Assembly: GCA_050250895.1 (NCBI GenBank)
Contig: JBFWNU010000007.1
Coordinates: 160,001-224,000 of the forward strand
From: Vulcanimicrobiota bacterium
GTDB taxonomy: Bacteria > Vulcanimicrobiota > Xenobia > Xenobiales > JADMJV01
Direction of reading: 5' to 3'
DNA: 64,000 bases
Both the position numbers and the translations under genes were made by a program. Of this stretch, positions 28,947 to 37,653 are shown piece after piece. Numbering within the stretch: the first letter of the stretch is position 1; each line of letters starts with the position of its first letter. The notes under the pieces were generated by a model. That model made no database searches and had not been told where the DNA came from. It worked only from the letters and a program-made list of their open reading frames with translations.

Positions 28947-30057
28947 TCCGCACGAGCAACATCGGGCGGCCACTCCGCTCGAGTTGCTCTTTGACCTGTG
29001 CTTCGTCGTGGCCATCGCTAGCGGAGCCGGCGAACTTCATCACGCCTTAAGCCACGGGGAGGTGGCCGGCCCCATCATCAGCTATCTGCTGGTGTTCTTC
29101 GCCATCTGGTGGGCCTGGATGAATTACACCTGGTTCGCCTCGGCCTATGACCCCGACGACACCCTCCACCGCCTCGGAGTGCTGGTGCAAATGGGGGGCG
29201 TGCTGGTGTTGGCGGCGGGGGTTCCGCAAGCCTTCGAGCACCACAACTTTCGGGTGGTCACGGCCGGCTACGTCATCATGCGCCTGGCCCTGATTTCTCA
29301 GTGGTTGCGGGCAGCCCACTGCGATCCCGCCCGTCGCACCACCGCCCGGCGCTACGCTGGCGGTCTGTTCGTGGTGCAGTTGGGTTGGGTGGCGCTGGCG
29401 CTCCTGCCGGTCCACCTCTGGGCCTACTTCTTTCTAGGGATGGCCCCGGCCGAGCTGTTGGTTCCGGTGTGGGCCGAACGAGCCGAGCCCACCCCCTGGC
29501 ACCCCGGACATATCGCCGAACGCTATGGGTTGTTGACCCTGATCGTGCTTGGCGAGGTGGTGCTATCGACGGCCAGAGCCATTCAGGCAGGGCTCGAGGC
29601 TGGCCTATCCGGCCCTCTCCTGGCGGCCACGGCGGTGGGGGCCCTGTTGACCCTGTTCTCGATGTGGTGGCTGTATTTCTTGCATCCTGCCGAAGAGTGT
29701 CTGACCCACCAGGTCGCCTTTCTCTGGGGCTATGGACACTATGCGATCTTCGCCTCGGCGGCGGCGGTCGGGGCGGGGCTGGCGGCGGCCACCGAGCAGT
29801 TGACCCATCACGGTCAGGTCGATCAGGGCATGGCCATTGCCCTTCCTGCAGCCATTTACATCGTTATGGTCTGGGTCCTACAGCTGAGACCGGGGGCCAG
29901 CCGCGCCACCGCTCTAGTCTGTGTCGCGGGGGCGGTCCTGGTCCTGGTGGCCGGCGCCTCGCCCCGTCCTATCCTCTCCATCGGGCTGATGTTGGCCCTG
30001 TTGGCGGCGGCCGTCACCTTGAGTTGTCCGGTCGCCGGGCGCGCCCAAACCGATTGA
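28933..30057 (+). CDS. ltrA: Low temperature requirement protein A family membrane protein
   Basis: ATPLELLFDLCFVVA, IWWAWMNYTWF, HIAERYGLLTLIVLGE and WWLYF. Confidence 0.9.
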   Translation: MQPRNPHEQHRAATPLELLFDLCFVVAIASGAGELHHALSHGEVAGPIISYLLVFFAIWWAWMNYTWFASAYDPDDTLHRLGVLVQMGGVLVLAAGVPQAFEHHNFRVVTAGYVIMRLALISQWLRAAHCDPARRTTARRYAGGLFVVQLGWVALALLPVHLWAYFFLGMAPAELLVPVWAERAEPTPWHPGHIAERYGLLTLIVLGEVVLSTARAIQAGLEAGLSGPLLAATAVGALLTLFSMWWLYFLHPAEECLTHQVAFLWGYGHYAIFASAAAVGAGLAAATEQLTHHGQVDQGMAIALPAAIYIVMVWVLQLRPGASRATALVCVAGAVLVLVAGASPRPILSIGLMLALLAAAVTLSCPVAGRAQTD

Positions 30058-30109
30058 GACCGCAAAGAAAGTCTAGAGGAATTCGGGCTCGGGTTCAGAA
30101 TGGCGTGGT

Positions 30110-30364
30110 ATGCTTTTCAACCAAATCTATCTGGTGTTCACGGAGTATCTCAAGGAATTCGTGCCTGCACAGAAGACCGAGATCCTGCTGTTGGCGCTTT
30201 CGATCTTTATCATGTCGTGCTGCCTTTGGGAGCAAGCCGTCACCAGCGGTTTGTCGGGCGAGCTTACCTACGCGACGCTCCATCCTGGGGTGACCTTCTC
30301 GGGCATCGGCACTTCGTTGTTGCTGGTGGCGCTGACGGTAGTTTTTCCGGCCCAGTCCGAATAG
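30110..30364 (+). CDS. Small hypothetical membrane protein
   Basis: 84 aa with two hydrophobic segments, followed directly by a terminator. Confidence 0.45.
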   Translation: MLFNQIYLVFTEYLKEFVPAQKTEILLLALSIFIMSCCLWEQAVTSGLSGELTYATLHPGVTFSGIGTSLLLVALTVVFPAQSE

Positions 30365-30378
30365 GTAGCGCAGACGAG

Positions 30379-30406
30379 AAAGCCCGGGCTTGACCCGGGC
30401 TTTTTT
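30379..30406 (+). terminator. Rho-independent terminator
   Basis: AAAGCCCGGG-cttga-CCCGGGCTTTTTT. Confidence 0.85.
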
Positions 30407-30420
30407 GGTGTACGAGGAGT

Positions 30421-31905
30421 TTGGCGGTGGGACTGACTCTGGCGATAGTGGTAGTGGCCCTGGTTCTGTTCGTCTGGGAGCCCTTTCCGGTCGAATTGAC
30501 CGCTTTGCTGGCAGCGGCCATGCTGGTGGCTGGCGGGGTCCTGACGGCCGACGAGGGGTTCGGCGGGTTCGGCGACCCGGCCGTCATCACCGTGGGTGCG
30601 ATGTGCGTGCTGGCCTCGGGTTTGACTCGCACGGGAGCTCTGACGGGCGTCTCTGGCCGGCTCGAGGGCCTATTTCAGAGGAGTTTCTCGGCGGGGTTTG
30701 TGGCCCTTCTCTTGCTGGTGGGAGGGTTGTCGGCATTCCTCAACAACACCGCCTGCGTCGCCCTGTTTCTTCCCGTGACCTTTCACCTGGCCCGAGTCTC
30801 GGGCCGCAGCGTCTCCCGCTTATTGATCCCCCTCTCGTATGCCGCTATCCTGGGGGGCACATGCACGCTGGTGGGGACCAGCACCAACCTGGTGGTCAAC
30901 TCGGTGCTGGTCTCGCACCACCTCGAGCCCTTCGCTCTGTTCGAGTTCACCCGGCTCGGCTTGCTCAGCTTGGGTTTCGGAGTGGCTTACCTGGCTATCC
31001 TGGGGGTGCGCCTGCTACCGGATCGGCGCACTCCCGAGCCGGCCGAGTCTCCTCAGATCGAAGTGGCGCTGCAGCCTCACAGTCCGCTGGTGGGAAGCAG
31101 CCTGGCCGAGACCTCGCTCATCGACGAGCTGGGAGGCAGGGTGGTCGCCGTCCATCACCACGACGAACTCGTGGAGCAACAGGTCGAGGCCCTCGTGCTG
31201 GAAGGGGGCGACACCCTGGTGCTCGACCTGCCTCAGGAGCGCCTGCCGGGTCTGCGGGTCCACCCGGAGCTGGTAGTGTTGTCCGATTCGGCTCCCGCGC
31301 CGCCCCGGCGCCACCGAATGGGACTGGCCATCGCCATCTTCCTGGCCGTGCTGGCTCTCTCCGCCAGCGAGATGGTTCCGCTGGCCGCGGCCGCCACCCT
31401 GGGGGCGGTGGCCATGGTGGCCTCGGGCTGTCTCACCATTCGTGAGGCTTACCAGGGTCTCGAGCTGCGTGTTCTATTGATGATCGGCGCCAGCCTGGCG
31501 CTGGGCGTGGCTCTGGAGAAGAGCGGGGCCGCTCCGACCCTGGCTCGCTTTTTTTCACTCCATTTAGCCGCCTACGGACCTCAAGTGATGCTGGCTGGAC
31601 TGTATCTGCTCACCATGCTCATGACCGAGGTCCTGTCGAACACCGCCACGGCCGCCCTGGTCTCGCCGGTGGCCATCGCCCTGGCTCTCGAGCATCAACT
31701 CGACCCGCGTCCCTTTCTCGTGGCCGTGACCTTCGCCGCCTCCGCCTCTTTCATGACTCCGCTCGGCTATCAGACCAACACGATGGTCTATGGTTCGGGC
31801 CACTACCGTTTTACCGACTTCCTGAAGGTCGGCCTGCCGTTGAACTTCACCTTGTGGGTGGCGGCCTCCACGCTTATCCCACGCTGGTGGCCGGTTCAGC
31901 TCTGA
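30421..31905 (+). CDS. SLC13/DASS family permease with one TrkA-C domain
   Basis: SAFLNNT, LGGTCTLVGTSTNL, SPLVG.SL, TEVLSNTATA and FMTPLGYQTN.MVYG.G.Y.F.DF. Confidence 0.9.
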   Translation: MAVGLTLAIVVVALVLFVWEPFPVELTALLAAAMLVAGGVLTADEGFGGFGDPAVITVGAMCVLASGLTRTGALTGVSGRLEGLFQRSFSAGFVALLLLVGGLSAFLNNTACVALFLPVTFHLARVSGRSVSRLLIPLSYAAILGGTCTLVGTSTNLVVNSVLVSHHLEPFALFEFTRLGLLSLGFGVAYLAILGVRLLPDRRTPEPAESPQIEVALQPHSPLVGSSLAETSLIDELGGRVVAVHHHDELVEQQVEALVLEGGDTLVLDLPQERLPGLRVHPELVVLSDSAPAPPRRHRMGLAIAIFLAVLALSASEMVPLAAAATLGAVAMVASGCLTIREAYQGLELRVLLMIGASLALGVALEKSGAAPTLARFFSLHLAAYGPQVMLAGLYLLTMLMTEVLSNTATAALVSPVAIALALEHQLDPRPFLVAVTFAASASFMTPLGYQTNTMVYGSGHYRFTDFLKVGLPLNFTLWVAASTLIPRWWPVQL

Positions 31906-31961
31906 GTTTTCAGTCTAGTTTCAGGACCGCCCTCTAGGCTCCAGGGTGGAGGTCCGCAACC

Positions 31962-32933
31962 ATGCACGTCATTTCACTTTCTCCGCGCTCCGCCGCGGCT
32001 AGTCCCCCTGCGCCCCAAGAGGTCAAGAATACTGCCTATCGACCCGCCGTCGACTGGTGGGAGGCCGAAGGCCAGAAATTCGATTCGACCCGGCAACTGC
32101 TCGCCCAGGCCAAAATCCCGGCCGACGGGCTCAAAGCCAGCTATCGCTTTCTCGAGCAAGCTCCCCCGACCGAAAAAGAGAGCACCCTCTACACCGGGTT
32201 GACCGGCGCTGCCGCCGGGGCGGCCGTAGGTCTGACCGGGGCGGCGCTCCTTGGGGTGGCCGGGGAACTGCTCGGCCTGTTCACCCAGGTGGTCACTCTG
32301 GGTCAGGCTGGCAGTTCGGGGCCCTTTCTGACCGGGCAGGGGCTGGCCATTGCGGCCGCCGGCGGCGCACTGGTGGGTGCTGCTGCGGCTTTGATCGGCC
32401 ATCGCAAGCCTTTGCCTTCAGCCGAGGAGTTGGCCGGTTCGCAATCCGGCACGATTCGCCGCGAAACGGCTCAGGATGGAACCACCCACACCGTCTTCTA
32501 TCGGAGCAACGATCTGACGCGAGGGATCGACCTGGAAGACTACGCCCAGGCAGCCGAGGCCCCCGCCCCCGAATTGCCCAGCGACGACCAGGCTCGCCGG
32601 GATTGGGCCACCCACGGGGCACTGGGTCTGGGTAGCGTGGCCGTTCCTCTGCTCGGCCTGGTCTATCCGGCGGCGACCGGTTCGGCCTTGGGCGGCGCCC
32701 TCGACAAAGGCAAGCTGCGCGGGCAGTTCCTGGGCGGAGCGCTGGGTCTGGCCGCCACCGTCGGCACCTATGCTGCCGCCAGTCGGTTCGGCTGGATGGG
32801 TTACGTCGGGGGAGCACTGGCTTCGGCCGCCGTCGGGGCTGGAGTGGGAGCCGCTTTCGGCCCCAGGATGGAAGCCAACACCGCCGTCAATCCTGACCTG
32901 GCCAAGCAGTGGTGGGCCCCGCTACCTGATTAG
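31962..32933 (+). CDS. Hypothetical Gly/Ala-rich membrane-associated protein
   Basis: SD GGAGG; glycine-zipper-like hydrophobic segments. Confidence 0.7.
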   Translation: MHVISLSPRSAAASPPAPQEVKNTAYRPAVDWWEAEGQKFDSTRQLLAQAKIPADGLKASYRFLEQAPPTEKESTLYTGLTGAAAGAAVGLTGAALLGVAGELLGLFTQVVTLGQAGSSGPFLTGQGLAIAAAGGALVGAAAALIGHRKPLPSAEELAGSQSGTIRRETAQDGTTHTVFYRSNDLTRGIDLEDYAQAAEAPAPELPSDDQARRDWATHGALGLGSVAVPLLGLVYPAATGSALGGALDKGKLRGQFLGGALGLAATVGTYAAASRFGWMGYVGGALASAAVGAGVGAAFGPRMEANTAVNPDLAKQWWAPLPD

Positions 32934-33736
32934 TTCATGAGTTGGTCGGCCGTCGTGCGAATGCCCAGAAAGAAGGGGCCGAACTCGGCGTAGACCGCAC
33001 TGACCTCGTCAAAGCGCATCTCGTAGATCAGCTTCTTGAACTGGACGGCGTCCTCAGAAAACAGGTCGACGCCCCAGTCGAAGTCGTCAAACCCCATCGA
33101 GGATGAGATGATCTGGGTGACCTTACCGAAATACTTGCGGCCGGTCTTGCCGTGACCCTTCATCATTTCGCCTCGCTGGGCCGGAGTGAGCATGAACCAG
33201 TTCTTGTGTTCACCCCGAAGTTTGTTCATGGGGTAAAAGCACACATACTTGTCGGCCGGGATCTCCGGGTAGAGACGGGCCCGCTGGGTCTGGCGATCGC
33301 CCTCGAGCAACTGCTCGAGGGCTTGGTCCCATTCCGGGGTGTCTTCTTCGAGCCCCTGTTTCTGAAGCGTCTTGCTGTAGCGCTCGGCGGCGCCATGCAG
33401 CGACAACTCGACCACCGAGACATAAGAATAGGTATCCTGCAGATAGGCCCACAGGTCCAGCTGGGCCAGTTGGCGCTCGACCTCGTTGAGTTCTTCGGGA
33501 GTATGGCGCAGGTGCACCATCATCAAATCGCCCTTGTGGCCCAGGACGCGGTAGTAGGCGGTGGCCTCGTCGCGGTCCCCCCGTCGGCACAGTTCTTCGA
33601 GGACGGGTTGAGCCTGGGCCAGGACCTGCTGGCGAGCGTCGGCCTCGAGCGCGTTCCAGGCGGGCCAGTCGATGGCCAGGAGTTGATGGAGCATGAAGGC
33701 TCCTTCGAGGGTGGATGGGGGACGATTTTCACTCAT
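32930..33736 (-). CDS. hemQ: Coproheme decarboxylase (HemQ/ChdC, chlorite dismutase family)
   Basis: GHKGDLM, SYVSVVELS, FYPMNK.R...NW, HG.TGRKY, GFDDFDWGV and YEMRFDEVSA.YAEFGPF. Confidence 0.9.
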   Translation of the reverse strand: MSENRPPSTLEGAFMLHQLLAIDWPAWNALEADARQQVLAQAQPVLEELCRRGDRDEATAYYRVLGHKGDLMMVHLRHTPEELNEVERQLAQLDLWAYLQDTYSYVSVVELSLHGAAERYSKTLQKQGLEEDTPEWDQALEQLLEGDRQTQRARLYPEIPADKYVCFYPMNKLRGEHKNWFMLTPAQRGEMMKGHGKTGRKYFGKVTQIISSSMGFDDFDWGVDLFSEDAVQFKKLIYEMRFDEVSAVYAEFGPFFLGIRTTADQLMN

Positions 33737-33899
33737 GCGGCACCCGTTTTACCCCCTTGGGCCGCCTCCCTCTTTTCGAGAACGCAACAAGCCGGCAACA
33801 ATCTGGTTACCGTTTAGAAACGGGAGTTCGATCCGCTATTGCTATACTTAATGGTAGGAAAGGGCACCCCTGGGTGCTGACGAGAGGTTGAGAGAAACC

Positions 33900-34172
33900 G
33901 TGAATCGATGCGAGATCACGGCCGTACCGGGCAATGCGTTCGGTGGCCGTTCCAGCCGTGAAGAGTCCACCGTCGACTCTAGTTGCTTCAAAGCTCTGTT
34001 CGAGCAAGAGTTGAACAGCAACGCGTCCCCCCCGCCGGTATTCCGCGCCAGTCAGACCGAGTTTGCTGCTCGGGTCAGTCAGGCTCGTGAGCACCTGCAC
34101 GGCAACCTGGCTTTCCACTCGGTCGAGTTCTCCGGGCCAATCTTCCATTTCGGCAGTCCAGTCTACCGCTAG
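33900..34172 (+). CDS. Small hypothetical protein
   Basis: ORF between an extended -10-like TGCTATACT (~33840) and a terminator; the start is uncertain (33888 or 33900). Confidence 0.4.
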   Translation: MNRCEITAVPGNAFGGRSSREESTVDSSCFKALFEQELNSNASPPPVFRASQTEFAARVSQAREHLHGNLAFHSVEFSGPIFHFGSPVYR

Positions 34173-34196
34173 AGCGGCTCTGGAACGTTCGTTTTG

Positions 34197-34226
34197 AAAA
34201 GGCCCTCTGACCAGGGGGGCCTTTTT
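34197..34226 (+). terminator. Rho-independent terminator (possibly bidirectional)
   Basis: AAAAGGCCCTCT-gacc-AGGGGGGCCTTTTT. Confidence 0.75.
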
Positions 34227-34275
34227 GCATGGAACCCGAATGGCGGGCAGGAAAGAAGTTCAAGGAGACCTGCCC

Positions 34276-35637
34276 GTGACGGCCACCCACTTTTCAAATC
34301 GACGTCTGGCACTCGCCGACCTACAGCCCGGAATTCCCGCTCTCTTCTTTAGCGGAGTTCCCCAGTCGCGCAACTTCCCGGCCAATCTCTATCCTTTTCG
34401 AGCCAACAGCCACTATCTTTACTTCGGGGCGCCGGCCATTCCCAACGCCTTCATGTTGGTCCTCAATGGCGAAGCGACGCTCTTCGTGGATCTTCCCGAT
34501 GTTGACGAGGCGGTCTGGACGGGCGAGCCTTACCGGGCCGAACAGCTCAAGAGCCAGTACGGGCTCGAGGCGGTCAAACCGCTGGCCGAACTCGAGGCGG
34601 CCCTCGACGAACTGCAGCGCGAAGAGGTTGTCTCGCTCCCCCTGGCCTCGGTGGCATCCAATGCAGCCATCGAGAAGGTATTGGGCCGTACCCCCGACCT
34701 CGACGGCGACTTCGACAGCGACCTGGCCCAGGCGATGGTCGAACTGAGGTTGTGCCACGACCAGGCCGCCATCGACGGTTTACGCCGCGCGGCCGAGGCT
34801 ACCGTCGAGGCCCACCGCACTGTTTATGGCCAGGTTCGCTCCGGGGTGAGCGAGAGCCAGATCCTTTCAGGGCTGATGGCCTCGGTGATCGCCGCCGGTG
34901 GGGGAGTGTCCTTCGAGCCTATCGTGTCGGTCCACGGCGAGGTTCTCCACAATCCCTTCTATACCAACAAGCTTGCCCCCCACGACTTGCTGGTGGTGGA
35001 TTTTGGGGCCGAGTTGGCCAGCGGCTGGGCGGGAGACGTGACCCGCACCTATCCCGTCGATGGCCAGTTCACGCCCGAGCAGAGAGCCGCCTATGAGTTG
35101 GTGTTGGCCGCTCAGGCTAAAGCCATCGAGATGGTGGCGCCCGGCGTGAGCTACCGCGATGTTCACCTGGCCGCCTGCGGGGTGATGGCCGAGGGATTGG
35201 TCGATATGGGTCTGCTCAAAGGTCAACCCGCCGAGCTGGTCGAGCGAGGCGCGCACGCTCTGTTCTTCCCCCACGGAATCGGCCATCTGCTCGGTCTTGA
35301 TGTGCATGACATGGAAGATTTAGGCGATTTGGCCGGCTACGAGTATGGTGACAGTCGTAACCAGCAGTTCGGGCTGTGCTATCTGCGTCTGGCCCGTCCT
35401 CTGCAACCGGGCATGCTCGTTACGGTCGAGCCCGGCTTCTACTGGATTCCCCAGCTGCTCGAGTCGGCCGAGCGGACCGAGCCCTTCAAAGATTGCCTCG
35501 ACATGGACAAGGTGGCTCGCTTTCGCGGGGTGCGAGGCATTCGCATCGAGGACGAGCTACTGGTCACCGAAGAAGGCCACGAGAACCTGACCGCGGCTCT
35601 GGCCAAGGCAGCCGACGAAGTGGCCGCTAAGGCCTGA
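34276..35637 (+). CDS. pepP: Xaa-Pro aminopeptidase (M24B)
   Basis: AMP_N domain; VDFGAE, GDVTRTYP, HGIGHLLGLDVHD, TVEPGFY and GIRIEDE. SD AAGGAG with GTG 34276. Confidence 0.9.
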   Translation: MTATHFSNRRLALADLQPGIPALFFSGVPQSRNFPANLYPFRANSHYLYFGAPAIPNAFMLVLNGEATLFVDLPDVDEAVWTGEPYRAEQLKSQYGLEAVKPLAELEAALDELQREEVVSLPLASVASNAAIEKVLGRTPDLDGDFDSDLAQAMVELRLCHDQAAIDGLRRAAEATVEAHRTVYGQVRSGVSESQILSGLMASVIAAGGGVSFEPIVSVHGEVLHNPFYTNKLAPHDLLVVDFGAELASGWAGDVTRTYPVDGQFTPEQRAAYELVLAAQAKAIEMVAPGVSYRDVHLAACGVMAEGLVDMGLLKGQPAELVERGAHALFFPHGIGHLLGLDVHDMEDLGDLAGYEYGDSRNQQFGLCYLRLARPLQPGMLVTVEPGFYWIPQLLESAERTEPFKDCLDMDKVARFRGVRGIRIEDELLVTEEGHENLTAALAKAADEVAAKA

Positions 35638-36349
35638 AGTCCAGCACGTAAACGGTGGTGGCCGGCGGCAATCTGGCCGAATCCAGGCTTAGTTTGCGAG
35701 CCGTCTGGTACTTGGGAAAGTTGCGTAGATACTTTTCGTTGGTTTGCAGGTCAAAAACCAGGGCCGGCGTCTTGTAGTGCATAGGAATGGCCACCCGCGG
35801 GGCGAGCTTGCGGGTCAGGGTGGCAGCTTGATTGCCGTCGAGGGTATAGATGCCTCCCACGGGGACCAGCAAGACATCCACCCGACCGACCTTCTCGAGC
35901 TGCTCGTCGGTGAGCTGATGTCCCAGGTTTCCCACGTGCAGAATGCGTAGCCCTCCGGCCTCGAACAAGAACATCCCGTTCTTGCCTCGCTCCTTGCCGT
36001 GCGAGTCGTCCTGCCAGGCGCCGATGCCTCGAACCTTCACGTCGCCGCATTCGGTGCGCATCTGGGTCCATTCGCCCTCGAGGGTCAGTCCGTGCAGCAC
36101 ACGGGGGCGTCCTTCGGCCATGGCCACATGGCTGTGATCGAATTCGTCGATAGAGATGGTGATCAGGTCGGCCGGCACCCGGGTGGTGGGGTATCCGATC
36201 ATGGGCGGATAGGGATCGGTCAAGACCCTGGTGCCGCCGGGGCTCACAATGAGAAAGCACGAATGGCCCAGCCACTGGATGGTGACGCCTCCGGCCCAGG
36301 CTGGCGTGGCCAGCCACAACAGCACCAGAGCGCTGAGCCAGCCCCTCAT
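35627..36349 (-). CDS. Exported MBL-fold protein with degenerate metal-binding motifs
   Basis: Signal peptide; WLGHSCF, TDPY, LVPVGG and IPMHY are present, but HxHxDH reads IDEFDH and HLGD reads HVGN. Confidence 0.8.
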   Translation of the reverse strand: MRGWLSALVLLWLATPAWAGGVTIQWLGHSCFLIVSPGGTRVLTDPYPPMIGYPTTRVPADLITISIDEFDHSHVAMAEGRPRVLHGLTLEGEWTQMRTECGDVKVRGIGAWQDDSHGKERGKNGMFLFEAGGLRILHVGNLGHQLTDEQLEKVGRVDVLLVPVGGIYTLDGNQAATLTRKLAPRVAIPMHYKTPALVFDLQTNEKYLRNFPKYQTARKLSLDSARLPPATTVYVLDFRP

Positions 36350-36753
36350 TGGAAGATCGGGCCGCTGGGCGGCGGGGCTCCCATCAATCCGGCCACGATG
36401 ATCTGGAAATGGTGGACCCAGGATTCGACCGTCGACTCGATCTGGCCCTCAAGCTCTTTGAGGGCTTCCATATCGTTACAGCCTCGGATCTCGATCTTCA
36501 ATTCTTCGATCTTGCCGCTGAGCGCCTCGAATCGATCCCGCACGCTGGGGTCGGGATGCATGGCCACCAGCTCGTCCATCAAGCGCTCCTGGCGTTCGGT
36601 CAGCTCGTCGATACGCTTGCGCAGCTGCTCGGCCTGGATCATATTGACGGCCGCCGTGGCCATCTTGGCGTTGCGCTCGAGGTCTCCGCTTACGTTGGCA
36701 AGTTCTTCGACACGGCGGCGAACCTCTTGCTTTTTGTCGGTTTGGCCTTCGAC
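36346..36753 (-). CDS. Hypothetical helical/coiled-coil protein downstream of the TPP riboswitch (start uncertain: ATG 36663 or non-canonical at 36753)
   Basis: The frame stays open and coding-like for about 34 codons upstream of ATG 36663. SD AAGGAG lies 8 nt before GTC 36753. ATGA coupling to the MBL gene. Confidence 0.7.
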   Translation of the reverse strand, partial: VEGQTDKKQEVRRRVEELANVSGDLERNAKMATAAVNMIQAEQLRKRIDELTERQERLMDELVAMHPDPSVRDRFEALSGKIEELKIEIRGCNDMEALKELEGQIESTVESWVHHFQIIVAGLMGAPPPSGPIFQ

Positions 36754-36866
36754 GGCACCGGCTCCTTAGCTAACTGATGAGACTGGGTTCACTCCCCCAA
36801 GGAGAGGGAAACGACGCGGTATGAGTTTCGAAAGGCGGATTCGCATTCCTCCCGAGGGTTGCGAGG

Positions 36867-36956
36867 CCGGTCTCCCTTCGCCGGCATTATCCGGAGCAGG
36901 TTCTGAGGGTATGTCAAGGACACTCTCAGCCGATGAAATTCAGCTCCCCTGACCGA
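36867..36956 (-). ncRNA. TPP (THI-box) riboswitch
   Basis: The minus strand reads CGGTC-AGGGGAGC..GGCTGAGA..ATACCCTCAGAACCTGCTCCGGATAATGCCGGCGAAGGGA-GACCG, matching the TPP consensus (GCTGAGA, ACCC, GAACCTG, TAATGCC, GCG.AGGGA) with a closing P1. Confidence 0.92.
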
Positions 36957-36983
36957 CCCTTAGCTTTTTGCGCCCGGGCTTGC

Positions 36984-37628
36984 TCACTCCTCTTGAAGTC
37001 TGGGTTCGGCCTCGGCCACTTTGCGCAGATAGGTCAGCCAGTGGGCGGTCGCGCCATCGTAGTTAGTCTGGGCAGTGCGCGCCTTTTCGAGACGTGCTTC
37101 CACCGCGGCCAGGTCGGACCGGGCCGCCTGGCGCAGCTGGTCGAGGGGGGTGCGTCCCATCGATTCGCGCGGCCACACCAGGTGGCGCAGCACCAGCAGT
37201 CGCTCCTCGTTGCTTTCGGCTTTGGGCGGAAAGGGGGCCGGCTCTTGCAGCTCGATCGGCTGGCCGCCGTAATCGGCCCGGCGCAAGGTCGATTCGGCTT
37301 GCTCGACATAGTCGCTGAGCAGTTTTTGGGCTCGGGTCAACAGGTCGATCCGGTCCACGAAGGCCGCCTGAATGCTCTGCCGCCGTTCCACCAGGGCCAC
37401 CCCGGCGTAGAGTTCGAGGACGATCTGGTCGTCACGACGCCCGAAAGTGTCGGTGATGGCGCCGGCCAATTCGTCGGGAGTGTTGAAGTCGCCCTCGGCC
37501 AGGGCCTTCAGGCGCACGCGCTCGGCCGGCTCGAGCAGCCGCGAGGCGCGGCCGCGATAGAGCAAGAGGTCGGGGTCGATCCGGGCCCAGGCGGCGCAGG
37601 CCGTGACCAGCAGCAGTGTTGCAATCAA
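36984..37628 (-). CDS. Hypothetical exported helical protein
   Basis: Signal-peptide-like LIATLLLVTACAAWA; the start is uncertain (TTG 37628). Confidence 0.6.
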   Translation of the reverse strand: MIATLLLVTACAAWARIDPDLLLYRGRASRLLEPAERVRLKALAEGDFNTPDELAGAITDTFGRRDDQIVLELYAGVALVERRQSIQAAFVDRIDLLTRAQKLLSDYVEQAESTLRRADYGGQPIELQEPAPFPPKAESNEERLLVLRHLVWPRESMGRTPLDQLRQAARSDLAAVEARLEKARTAQTNYDGATAHWLTYLRKVAEAEPRLQEE

Positions 37629-37653
37629 GCCTTTGGATTCGTAGAATAGCACG

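Noticed and set aside
33863-33900. Hammerhead-like CTGACGA...GAAAC
   Set aside because: No stem II can form between the core motifs.
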